A stretch of 64,000 nt of DNA from the NCBI RefSeq assembly GCF_018977255.1, contig NW_024704743.1:58034001-58098000 (forward strand), given 5' to 3'. This DNA is from Callorhinchus milii. Lineage: Eukaryota. The translations under genes and the position numbers were made by a program. Positions 1-11,546 of this stretch are shown piece by piece (the first letter of the stretch is position 1; each line of letters opens with the position of its first letter). Below the pieces are notes generated by a model that made no database searches, was not told where the DNA came from, and was given only the letters and a program-made list of their open reading frames with translations.

Positions 1-44
1 TCCACATTCCTCCACCTTCAGCTTTCATCACTGTATGGATTTCC

Positions 45-490
45 GAGGATGTTACCAGGCATGAGTGGATACAACTGTCAAGGAAAATTGCACAGGCTTT
101 AGCTTTTCTTTCTCGAGTTCAGATGATTGAGAGGGTTCCTGATAGAGGTTTTTAAAATTGTTAAAGGACTAGATAAAATGGATGCAGATAGGCTACTTCC
201 ACTTGCTCATGAGTCCGAAATTAGAGAGCATAAATATAAGTTAGCTCATAGTAGATCTAGTAGGGAGTTTGGGAGGAACTTAGGGTAGTAAGCATGTGGA
301 AGTCACTGCTGAAAACTGCAAATAGCATCAGTATATTTAAGGGAAATCCTGATCCATCTATGAGGGAGAAGGGAATATAGAGATGTCAATGAGGAGAACA
401 GAAGATATGGGGCCTTGTGTAGTGTATAAACACCAGCATGGACTAGTTGCATTTGTGCCATATCACTATGTAATTCTATTTAACTCTATA
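45..490 (+). mobile_element. CR1 LINE 3' fragment (degraded ORF2 C-terminus + 3' UTR)
   Basis: Broken frame reads RMLPG...RLRGFLIEVFKIVKGLDKMDADRLLPL...IREHKYKL, matching the CR1 ORF2 C-terminal motif RRLRGDLIEVFKI..G.D...RTRGH..K; ends in a decayed (attcta)-like tail. Confidence 0.8.
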
Positions 491-986
491 TGTGATATTC
501 CCAGCCTTTACAAGCATGATATTTTGGAGGAGTATAGTAAATGCAGGATTTTACACTGGATTAACTTTAATTTAGAATTCACAATTGTGACCTGTGTCAC
601 ACCAATAAAAGTGAGATGCCCAATCCAGATTGCAAAGCAATTACTGTATTTGCTTTTGAGTCCCAAATTCAGGTTAGTACTCTGGAACTTCATCACCACT
701 TTAGACTACTCACCAACCTTTTATGGTTTCTTACAAAACATCCTTCTCATTCTTGTTTAATAGGTATGAAGCCATTATTTTAAATAGCCATTGAAAATAA
801 TTGTAATCACAGGAAAGTCTGACTGCTAGAAATGATAAATTTCACAGCATCCCATTTGTAAAAGGCTACTGTACTAATCACCAGTTCAGAGGGTTTCCTC
901 TTTCTTTTGAAATGTCTATGTTAGAGTAATCTCAAAATCCTCAATGCAAGCAGGTTATCGGGCTCCATTCACATAAAATAATCCTA

Positions 987-1235
987 AAATAATCCTTGCA
1001 ATTGGTATAGCGCCTTTCACATCAGGAGGACGTCATATAGCGCCACACAGGATTTAGTGTAAAGTGTAGTGACTGTTTACTTGTAGGCAGACATGGCAGC
1101 CCATACAAAGTCCCACAAACAACCATGAAATAAATCACCAATTTTATTTGGGGGATTGTTGGCCAGGACACCAGGAGAAATTCCCTTTTCTTTTTAAATA
1201 GCGCCATGGGATTTTTAACGTCTTCCTGAACAGAA
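987..1235 (-). mobile_element. Old Deu-domain SINE fragment
   Basis: Reverse complement contains aaatcccatggcgctattt...tctcctggtgtcctggccaaca (Deu core) and an L2-type tail tgaaaggcgctata..tgcaaggattatt. Confidence 0.75.
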
Positions 1236-2137
1236 AAATAAAATAGACTGCAGTTCTTGATACTTTTAAGAGAGCAGTGATTGAATGATTCTGTCCACCC
1301 AACCAGATGAAACAAAAATGCAGGGTAATAAACAGAGATCTAATGTGCCGATTCCGCATTCTGTTTCTTTTTTATAGTTTAGCCATGGGAGCTTTTTTTT
1401 AAATCAAATAAAATCAGTGTGATTCCTACACAATTGCTAGCATGTATTCCCGGGTGATATCTTGCATAAATAATTTTTGTGGAACACAAATTTTAGTTAG
1501 CTTGCTGTTGCCCCATCAGCATAGCATTTTCCACCATTCTGTTTTAATCTTGTTCAATATCGGAATTGGGTAAACAAATCAAGCCTAAGACGATAACAAT
1601 TCTCAAATGCTTGAGGCCTGTGGACCTGGACACAAAAGAAGTACATTTAATATATGGTACCTCAAATAGGTCCAGTTAATCTTTCATCCTGGAAGGTATG
1701 AAAAAGCGTCAGTTAATTGTAATGTATATACATCTGCTGTCCCATCTGGGCTTTTTGTCACAGTTCACGCTGTTCACCTATTGTGGATTTCAGGATTTTT
1801 TCAGATTGCTCAAGGAAAAAATAAGAAACAATTGGAGTTAACTGATAAGAAAGCAGTCAATTTTTAAAGGCTATCCATGGGAGTGTCATACAAAATACTG
1901 ACCCAACTATAAAAACACTATTATGTAAAACACCTAATCCTACTCTTTTGATATAAAAGCATTACTCAACTCATTAAATTTTTAAAGCGTCTTTCACGTC
2001 GGGAGGATTTCCCAAGGCACTGAACAGTCAGGGATCAGGACCCGAGCGTGTGGTACAGGGTTGGAATGAGGGAGAGCAGAGGGGATAGGAGGGCAGTCAA
2101 AAAGGAGAGTCTTGAGTCGTACCTTCAAGGAAGCAAG

Positions 2138-2463
2138 AGAGTCCTGTAGCTCAGTGGTTAGAGCACTCGCTTTGCAAGCGAGAGACCCGAGTTCAATTCC
2201 AGACAGGGCGAAACCTTGGGCAAGTTTCCTTACTCCACACGCCTAATAATAATCCCTCCAAAACCAAAAACAATAATAAATTGGTCATTTTCAATCTACG
2301 ACTGTTTGTGGGACATTGCTGTGCGCAATTGGCTGCCGCGTTCGCCCACAAATATGCAGTCAATTCACTTTACAGTGTGTTCTGTGAAGCGCTTTGGGAC
2401 GTCCTCCCGACGTGAAAAGCGCTATATCAAATGCAAGGATTCTTCTTCTTATTATTATTATTA
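2138..2463 (+). mobile_element. Young tRNA-Ala-like SINE (short subfamily) nested in L2
   Basis: A box tagctcagtgg, anticodon arm ctcgc-tttgcaa-gcgag, B box gttcaattcc, Deu-like 3' body, L2-type stem-loop, (ATT)n tail; L2 sequence resumes on both sides. Confidence 0.95.
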
Positions 2464-3594
2464 GAGGGAGCAAGGCAAAGGGATTGTTAAATGGTGTACC
2501 AAAGAGTGGGGGTAGAGAGACTGAATACCCGGCTGCTGATGGTAGGGTGGGTCGGGTGGGAGACCTAGAGCAAGCCAGAATCTGCTGAGTGGAGGGAGCG
2601 GACAGGTTGATAGAGGGTCAGAGATGTAGGAGGGGAAAGGCCATGGAGGGCTTTGAAAGTGAGGATGAGGATTTCGAATTCTATCCTCTGAGGGATGGGG
2701 AGCCAGTGGAGCCGGGCGAGGGTGGGGGTGACGGAACCTGGTGCGGGAGCGGACATGAGCTGTAGAGTTCTGGATGATCTGCAGTTTGTGGAGGGAAGAA
2801 TTGGGGAGGCCGACAAGGAGGGTATTTCCATATTTGAGCCTTGAGGTGATGAATGCGTGTATGAGGGTTGTTGCGCCCTGAGGGTTGAGGCAGTGGTGGA
2901 GTCGGGCAATGTTGCAGAGGTCGGGGAAGGCAGAGCAGGTCAAGGCATGGATATGGGGGAGAAAGGACAGTTGAGGGTCCTAACTGGCTTGGTGAGGTGG
3001 AGTGGGCAACTTGTAGATACTGATGCTGCCAGTGCCTGAGGTGTGGAGACGCTGACGGGAGCCAATCAGGAGGGACTCGGTCTTGCTGACATTCAGCTGT
3101 AGAAAATTGGCTCTCATCCAGGACTTGATGTCAGACAGATAGTCTGTCAGGACATCAGTTGTCCTGGAATTGAGGGTGGAAGCAGAGAGATGTATGCGGG
3201 TGTCATCCGCATACATGTGGAAGTTGACCTCATGTCTGCGGATGATGTCACCAAGGGGGAGCATAGAGGTTGAAGTGGAGAGGACCGAGGACAGAGTTCT
3301 CAGGAACACCACACAAGACTGTGTAGGGGCTGGAAGAGAAACCATTATCGAAGACAAATTGGAAACGGTGTGAAAGATAAGACCTAGACCATTCAAGGAC
3401 AAAACCTTGAAGGTTGACATTAGGTGAGGTGAGAGGAGAGAAGGTGGAGGAGCTGCCTTCGATACAGTGGAGGATGGAGTAGTCCACTGTATTGAAGGCA
3501 GCAGAGAGGTCGAGGAGGACAAGAAGGCAGAGGTCACCCTAGTCACTGATGGGCAAAATGTAATTTGTCACCTTGACCAGGGAAGTTGGAAGGT

Positions 3595-3906
3595 GGAGTC
3601 CTGTAGCTCAGTGGTTAGAGCACTCGCTTTGCAAGCGAGAGACCTGAGTTCAATTCCAGGCAGAGGGCGAAACCTTGGGCAAGTTTCCTTACTCCACACG
3701 CCTAATAATAATCCCTCCAAAACCAAAAACAATAATAAATTGGTCATTTTCAATCTACGACTGTTTGTGGGACATTGCTGTGCGCAATTGGCTGCCGCGT
3801 TCGCCCACAAATATAGTCAATTCACTTTAGTTTGTTCTGTGAAGCGCTTTGGGATGTCCTCCCGACATGAAAAGCGCTATATCAAATGCAAGGATTATTA
3901 TTATTA
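3595..3906 (+). mobile_element. Young tRNA-Ala-like SINE (short subfamily) nested in L2
   Basis: Near-identical to 2138-2463; the flanking L2 sequence aagtt appears on both sides (possible short TSD). Confidence 0.95.
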
Positions 3907-4504
3907 AGTTTCCGTGCTGTGAGAAGCACAGGAACCTGATTGGAGGGGCTTGTGAAGGGAGTTGTAGGAGAGGAATGAGAGAAGCTGAGAAGCAACGACT
4001 CTTTCAAGGACCTTCGAAAGAAAAAGGAGGTTGGAGATGGGCTAGTAGTTAGAAGGCAGGGTTGGGTCAAGGAAAGGTTTCAGGTTCGGGGTGATTGTAG
4101 CTGTTTTTAGGGGGCTGGTAATGGTGTCGGAGATTGCTGGTGTCGGAGAGAAGAAGTGTGAAGAGGTGAAGATGGGAAGTATGTAGAGGGGTGGGGATGG
4201 GGTCAAAGGAACAGGTGATGTGTTTCATGCTGCATATGGTGGTGATGAGAGAGGAAGGGGAGACAGGTTCGAAAATGTGGAGGGAGGGATGGGGAGGGGG
4301 ATGGGGTGAAGTGTGGGGGGAGATGGGGAGGGAATGGTAGTTGGAGGGCAGAGGCAGCTGAATGGATGCCCTCAATTTTGGATTCAAAGAAATCCAGCAT
4401 CTCCTCATCCAGCATCTACTCTTCGTGGATCTCTCTCTAACTGCATCCAGATAAACTGGTCAGCTATCTCTTCAATTATAAACTGAGTGCAATACATCCA
4501 ACCA

Positions 4505-4715
4505 AAAGATAATAATAATAATGATGATAATCCTTAAATTTGATATCATGCCTTATCACGTTTTCGAGACGTCTCAAAGCACATAACAGAATATACTGTA
4601 AAGTGAATTGACTGTATATTTTTGGTGGGCAAAATGGGCAGCCAATTGCACACAGCACTGTCCCACAAACAGTTGTAGATTGAGTGACCAAATTTTTTTT
4701 AATTTGAAAAGGGGG
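4505..4715 (-). mobile_element. Older SINE 3' half
   Basis: Reverse complement matches the SINE body and tail, with the older gagacgtctcgaa loop. Confidence 0.8.
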
Positions 4716-4724
4716 TAATAATCG

Positions 4725-4871
4725 TCTTCAGATCACACCTGAAGACTTTCCTCTTCCACTGTGTCTATGGTCACCTCCCTTTCACCAGACTTGGTGTTAA
4801 ACTGTAACATCGTTCATTGCTCTGAGATGTTATCCCAAGTCAAACGCACTATATAAATGCAAGTTGTTGTT
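4725..4871 (+). mobile_element. Old L2 3' end fragment
   Basis: FRSHLKTFLF-coding segment followed by ...cactatataaatgcaagttgttgtt tail. Confidence 0.7.
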
Positions 4872-5677
4872 CTTATCCGGAAGAAGATTAGACAGTAATT
4901 GCCCAATTTGTTAGCTGTAGTTAATAACTACACAAAAGTTTCCAGATATGTTTTGCCCAAGAGGGTAAATATATTTACAGGGAAGCCACCCAAAGTACTC
5001 TCTTCGATGAAAACTCATTGATCTCTTTGTCCATTGTAGCTATTTTTCATCTCCTCTATAAATTATTGAAAGAATTTATATATTAATACATATAATTATA
5101 AATATAAATACATTTCCATAAAATTTAAATTGTAAACATATAAAATAGAAATAGAAATTTCCATAAAAGTCTTGAAAGGATTTTTTGATCTGTCTTGCGC
5201 CCATTTTCGTCCCCCCATATTTCTGTGACAGAAAAATTACTTTCTCAGTTTACCATTTCTAAGCAAGTGAGTGAAACTTTACTGAGCTCTCTCATGTTTG
5301 TAATGTCTGGTGTGTGCTTGATAGGGATTATATGGAATGAGAGGATCTAAATATCGTGCAATTCTTTATGCAAGTTGTTATTGTTGATTTGAGTTACACG
5401 CTCCTTCACATTTTACAAACTTCAAACACGTGAACACAACATTATGTTAAGAAGATACAACGCCTAAAAGTTCTTCTCTCTGTTGTTCACAGACGAAGAT
5501 GATAAAACACCTTCAAGTAACTAACTTAGATTCACAATCTATTCTTGTGTATATTATTTCTGGCTGTTGGTGAGAGTGCTGTCATAAAGCCGCCATTATT
5601 TTCATTCTGTTTGTGGTGGAGGTTTGAAGCATGTTTACATCTCCGTCCATTTGTTGAACCACGCTTTTTCCAGCAGT

Positions 5678-6056
5678 TATAATAATAATTCTTGCATTTG
5701 ATATAGAACCTTATCACGTCTTTGAGATGTCTCAAAGCTCTTCACAGAATATACTGTAAAGTGATTTGACTGTATATATTGTGGGTGAAATGCGGCAGCC
5801 AAGTATGCACAACAGTGTCCCACAAACAGTCATGGATTGAGTGACCAAATTATTATTATTTTNAAAAAATGTTTTTGAAGGGCTTATTACCCTCGCAAAA
5901 GTGATCTGCCAATCGACTGACAACTGGGTTCTACTGCTACTTACTGCTAGGTAAACAGTGTGGAATAAGGAAGCTTGCCCAAAGTTTCGCCCAGCCCTTG
6001 AATCAAACCAGGTCCAAGGCGAGGCGAGTGCTCTAATCACTAAGATACAGGACCCC
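5678..6056 (-). mobile_element. Full-length older SINE (long subfamily)
   Basis: tRNA head at the right end, extra ~70-bp internal segment (ctgtttacctagcagtaag...), (ATT)n tail at the left end. Confidence 0.88.
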
Positions 6057-6104
6057 ATAACAACAACCAATTTAAATTATGCTATTTGAACACTTTTTTC
6101 ATTG

Positions 6105-6290
6105 CTAGTAATAATGTTTCTTGCATTTGATATGGTGCCTTTCATGTCAGGATGTCCCAAAGTACTTCACAAGATACACTGTAAAGTGAGTAACTATGTA
6201 TTTTGTGGGTGAATGCGGCAGATAATTAGTGAACAGTGATTTGTTCCACAAATAGACATAAAGTGAATGGTTAATTTTATCTGGGAATTG
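6105..6290 (-). mobile_element. Old Deu-type SINE tail fragment
   Basis: ttgcatttgatatggtgcctttcatgtcaggatgtcccaaag matches the reverse complement of the SINE tail. Confidence 0.65.
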
Positions 6291-6374
6291 TGTTATTTAA
6301 ATTGGTTGTTGTGGAATGTGCTGTTGTTTTAAGCACTGAGCATTGGAGGAAAGGAAATATTTCCAATGCTGTGT

Positions 6375-6525
6375 TATGAATTCACATCCATGGAAGAGCC
6401 AACTTCAGACTATCCAGGCTCATGTCACATGGAATCCTTGCAGCCTTCAGAAAGAAGAGACCTTCATCCCATCACTTTATGAGCTGGATTCAAATCCAAT
6501 TTCTGAGGTGAGAAATAAAATTAGC
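6375..6525 (-). mobile_element. Ancient LF-SINE-like fragment
   Basis: Reverse complement tcacctc..tggatttgaatccagctca..gaaggtc..tctgaaggctg..atgtgacatgag follows the motif order of the LF-SINE 5' region as I recall it. Confidence 0.4.
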
Positions 6526-8499
6526 TTAATTCTCAGGGGATGGCAGATTTTCTTCCTCAATGTGTTAATCCACTGCTCCTCTTAGTCTCCCGCATAATGT
6601 TTACATAGCCCAAATGAATCAGGTCAGGACTGCTGGTAATGAGTAACAAACGCAAATTAGTTTCTTGCTTATTGTTAGAATATTAAGTGGCTCATTCAGT
6701 CAGCACAACATGTTGGTAAGTATCACCTGCAAAAAATTTAAAACAAACTGTTTTTCTAATTGAAACACATATTCAGATTACATAGCATATTAGTGATAAT
6801 GACTTGCACACACAATACCTAGTATTTTGTTCTGGGAGAGAGTTGCTGATGTGCACTTATTTACAGTGTTGATGCTGAAAGATCTATGGGTAAGTGCATC
6901 ACATGATGCCATACAGACCAGGAAAGTGCCAAAGTGTCACATTGCAGTTCTCAGAATCTTGCCCAGAAGCTGACAATCACTCAGAAAAGAAAATCAGGAG
7001 ATGATCTATCGGGGTATTGAAATCTTGTGTTTCAATCTACAGCTTTAGTCTACAGCATCTTGAAGGACATGGCATCTAATTTTCACTTTTCCTTGTTGAT
7101 CTCTGGTTAAGAGCTTAGATCCATCAATTAATTTTTCAGACTGTCCTCCCGGTATGCTATGCAAATCAAAGATTCTACAATGCTAGACCAAGGGCAAGTC
7201 AGGATGTTTGTGTGAAGTATAAGCACTGGCACAGAGATGAACATGCTGTAAACTGAGGTAAGCTGACACATCAAGTAGTTAATAGTCATTCATAAAAATG
7301 ATCCACTTGACATTATGTAGGTGGTCATAAGTGTGGGAAATGCTAAACATGAAATTAGATAGGAAGTAACGCTTCAGTGAGAAAGAACTTTGGATACTTT
7401 GCATGTTAATTGAGTAAAGAGGAAGAAAAGAATCCTTTCTGGACAAAAAACACACTTTGTCAATGCCTTATAAATTGTTAAGCATGGGCCAATATCATTA
7501 AGTGAGTGAATCATTACTCTGAAGCCCACAAAATTGTGTTTGATTCTTGAAAGGGAATCAATGACCTCTGCAAAGTGTAAATTAAAATACAATGAAAAGA
7601 ACCAAACTAACTCTACCTATCTGAAAAAAAACAAGAAAATTGCTGACGAGCTAAAAATACCATTGTGTAAACATTTGTACTGAGGTGAGAGAACCACAGA
7701 CCCTATCTCTTTCTATGGAGCTGCTGTAGAATCTGATATGTGGTGCTATCAATTGTATTGTCAGAATTGTGTATTTTCACTGGTAATTGTAGAAAATTCA
7801 TTGTCACATCCTTGCTAACAGTACGGAGCAAAGTTTCACAACTCCTCAATTGAAAATATGCCAAGTTCTTTCTTGTTTGTTGATCCAAGTAAATATTTTA
7901 AGTAGAGTATTCATCCTCTGGTTTGTAAGAGTGTGACTTTAGAGTTTAAACAGGTAAACTGTTGCTTCTGTCTGCACAGAATAGCATGCAACAACATCAC
8001 TGAGTCCACGGGAAAGTCATATATTAAATACTGATGATATTACTGATATTGGCTCCTGGCACTAGGAGGAATGACCATAAAATACCACCAGAGTTAGATT
8101 ATCAGGCAGGAAACTATTGCTAAGTGGAAAGGAGACACATTCTCCATGGTTTGAGTTGATCCTCTACTAGGTCCTCTCTATGTTTTATAAGCCAGAATGG
8201 GAACAGTAGAGGAACACAGATTAACCATCCACCTCTTACTTAGATAGCCCAAATGAGAGGACGGCATGGGTTGATGATCTAATGGGAGCACACAGCGGCT
8301 TAATGGACAGGTGGATGGTCCAATGGAAGCACACTGTGGTCATTAAAAGTTGCAAACACTTTGATTTTCTTTCAGTCTTACTCATTGGGCAGGTGCATGA
8401 CTTTAATGTATGTCTACTTCGCACTAGCGCACATAGAATAATAAGTCAGGGGAAAAATGTATGTCTACCTCATTCTGTCTACAAGGACATCCCAAGGTG

Positions 8500-8800
8500 T
8501 CCACAGAGCCTTGGGATGTCCTCCTGATGTAAAAGGCGTTATACAAATGTTATTTTTTGTTGTTGTTCTGGGAACATGCAGGTGTCCAATGACATAGTGC
8601 CATTGATAACACTTAAATTCTACCCTATTCTTACTTCATTATCATTAATTAATAATAATTAATAATCTACCAACTAATTAATTAATATCATCAATTAATA
8701 ATAAATAATAATCCACCTTCCCCAATCCTGACCCCCAGCGACTTGGGACATCCTCCTGATCTACAAGATGCTATACAAATGTAATATTGTTATTATTGTT
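8500..8800 (+). mobile_element. Two short tandem L2 3'-tail fragments
   Basis: ccttgggatgtcctcctgatgtaaaaggcgttatacaaatg..(ttg)n at ~8509-8567 and a second copy at ~8735-8800. Confidence 0.7.
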
Positions 8801-9035
8801 GCAGCATTCTTTAGTTAAATAGCACTAAGAGGTATCATGTATTATTTCTGTTATATATGAACATGGATTTTACTGGTAAAATTCATTGAAATTGAATGTA
8901 CTCAACAGAAGAAGTGCAGTAGATATTAGATCAACATTTGAGGAAATACAATTTTAAAGGGTATGAGGAAAGAACAGGAAATTGGATAGGAGTAGATATC
9001 TTCAGTGGGGAAGTCAAAATCAGCACACTCATGAT

Positions 9036-9339
9036 AATAAATATTAATCCTTGCATTTGATATAGCGCTTTTCACATCTTCTAGATGTCTCAAAACAGTT
9101 TACAGAATATACTGTAAAGTGAATTGACTGTATTTTTGTGGGCAAAATGTGGCAGCCAATTGCACACAGCAGTGTCCCACAAACAGTTGTGGATTGAAAT
9201 GACCAATTTATTTATTTTTTTGTTCTTGATGGATTATTATCAGGCATGGAAACTTGCCCAAGGTTTTGCCCTGCCGGGAATCAAACCTTGGTCTCTCGCT
9301 TGCAAGGCGAGTGCTCTAACCAATGAGCTACAGGACTCC
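9036..9339 (-). mobile_element. Intermediate-age SINE (short form) inserted in a CR1 3' UTR remnant
   Basis: Complete head and tail; atgat on both sides (9031-9035, 9340-9344); CR1 UTR-like sequence at ~8920-9030 and ~9345-9390. Confidence 0.88.
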
Positions 9340-11143
9340 ATGATGATGGGCTGCATAGCTTCCTTCAATGCTATAAACCTTCTATAGTCTTCATTTCTGT
9401 GAAGTATCAAGCGTAAGGAATATTATTCTTGTGAACAAGAACCTGGGGTAAGACCAAATTATTTTTATTCATGACATTTTTCAGGTTAAATATGAATGAA
9501 GTGTCATTGCAAAACAGAAAGCTGGATGCTCAGCTACACTAATGACCATATAGTAGGTGATGGAGTTTATAACACATCTAAACTCTTAAAATCAATCTTA
9601 CATATACTTTCTTTATAAAAAATCACAAGAGTTAATGGAAGTTTTCTTTGTGTATGCCATAAGAGCCCAGATTATTTCAAATAGTCACAGTCTCTCCCGA
9701 CCATTGATTATATCCACATGCCTAAATGGTATAACCATCACTACTTGCACAAAGTGGTTTGAAATAATTTGGAGCCCATCTATTGCAAATATGGAATACT
9801 GTACATCAACTGAGAGCTTTCCAACATTCTTTTGTAACTAAATAGTATTTGTAGCATTCGTGAGTTCTATACCTTTTTACTGCTGTAAATGAACAATAGG
9901 AAACAATATGATTTCATATATAACGTGTATACAGAGTAATTTGTTAACATGTAATCCACTTCCGTGCTTTCATAGCTATCACGTGCATGTGATTCCATAT
10001 ACTTCCAGGTCCTAGGCAACTATCAGCTTTGTTTCTCTTCCAGATACATTTTGGTGGAGACCATGACTATGGTAGGGAGAGATTATGACTATCTGTAATC
10101 ATCAGGCCACTTGATGCATACACAAAAATGCACTTCCAACTCTTGCAGTTTTCTCTTGATATAAAAAGGTTATGTAAGATTGATTTTAAGAGTTTAGACG
10201 TATTATAAACTCTTTCAACTACTTTAGGTACATTCTCCTGGAATTAAGTAAACAGGTTACATGCCTCCAGGAAATTCCCATTTGTGGATATGTAAAATTC
10301 ATTGTGGTTTGGAGACTGGGTTTCTGCATTTGACAGACAATCGGCTGACCCCAAAACAAACCTAATGCTATGAAATGTCAAAAGGAATACTGTACTTTTA
10401 GAACAAATTAGAATAAGCAACTCAGCTCTTATTATACTAAGTAACAAATAGCTAGCTGTGAATTTAAAGAAGTAATTTAATCTAGAGGTTCTGCTGACAT
10501 TCATAAACTGCTCAGATTTCACGCTCATGATGCATGATATCATCAGAGATGCCTTATTGGATTGCAGCCTTCTAACTCGCTACCAGCTATTTATTATCCT
10601 ACATTTGCCAGTCATATGGTTTCAGTAGTATTGTACTACTTGAGTAAGACAATCGTATTATACTGCTGTGCCTTAGCAGTTGGCAAACAATTTAAAAACT
10701 TATCTACGTCAGAAATTATACAAATTGTGGCCCAAAATCTGCCTGCAAGACAATTTTCGTCTTCAAATTTAAGATCATTGTGACATTTTTTTAAAATTCA
10801 ACCTTAAATTGGAAGCAGGTTTTCTGTAGTTCTTTAAAATAACTAGTTTCCAATTTAAGACTGAATGTGAGAACAATTTTGCACAATAGTAAATTTTACA
10901 AGTAAACGGTCTGTATGTAATTTCATGTAATGTAAGTAAAAGACTGTACGTAATTTCATGCCTGAAAATATTGCAATTCACTTTTGTAAATAGACTTTTC
11001 CAAAATAAAAATGGACTATTAATTTCTGTGAAGGCCAACAGGGAAAGTATGATTATTTTGTTTTAGACAGTGTGATCTGTTAATGGCAGATTATGTTTAA
11101 TATCCTGTTCATCTTCAATTGTGAATGAGACGAAATTCTTATA

Positions 11144-11546
11144 CGAGGGATACTCCAGAAGTAATGCCTCCTTTCTATTTTCTCAAAATTCTTTCATTGT
11201 TCATTTTCATTGTTAACTTACAAAACCTAACATAGACATAAAAACCTTTTATAAATATACCGGTGTAGTTATTTCCCCGCAAATTCATCGTCACGATCTA
11301 CACAATGTAGAACCAGTACCGTTATGGTAAAATTATGTGTAAATGGCCTTTCTGGTTTCCTTGTGAAACATGGTTAATATTTGTGGCACCCACTGCTGTC
11401 ATCTGCCTCCATCTAGTTAGAAGAAAACAAAACTTTCACAGCAGAGGAGGGATATATAAAAGTATCTTGTGCATGTGTTTAATTACTGTACCATTCACTA
11501 TTTTTCACAAAATAAATAGGAGGCATTACTTTGGGAGTATCCCTTG
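11144..11546 (-). mobile_element. Internally deleted mariner (Tc1/mariner) non-autonomous element
   Basis: ~28-bp TIRs cgagggatactccagaagtaatgcctcc / ggaggcattactttgggagtatcccttg; TA on both sides (11142-43, 11547-48); minus-strand 11269-11304 encodes CVDRDDEFAGK*, like the mariner transposase C-terminus C(V/I)..DGDY(V/F)EK*. Confidence 0.9.

Larger units (their letters stand above)
1981..4410 (-). mobile_element. Degraded L2 LINE (RT region to 3' tail), interrupted by two young SINEs
   Basis: Minus-strand ORF pieces [39 protein letters not shown] and CSFDPIPTPL are collinear with the L2 at 46417; many frameshifts; tail near 1981-2030. Confidence 0.92.

Noticed and set aside
2138..2215. tRNA-Ala(TGC) gene (cloverleaf-like head, also in the other SINE copies)
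   Set aside because: It is always fused to a SINE body and tail, has an imperfect T arm and no terminator after the acceptor stem, so it is a SINE head and not a tRNA gene
7374..7640. Minus-strand acceptor-like tracts and a 72-aa ORF
   Set aside because: No convincing donor or recognisable protein; such tracts are common in AT-rich DNA
8636..8712. AT-rich quasi-repeat (ttaattaataat)
   Set aside because: Low-complexity sequence with no further structure
10735..11140. Faint inverted similarity (ttcgtct..aagat / atctt..agacgaa)
   Set aside because: Too degenerate to support a TIR call by eye
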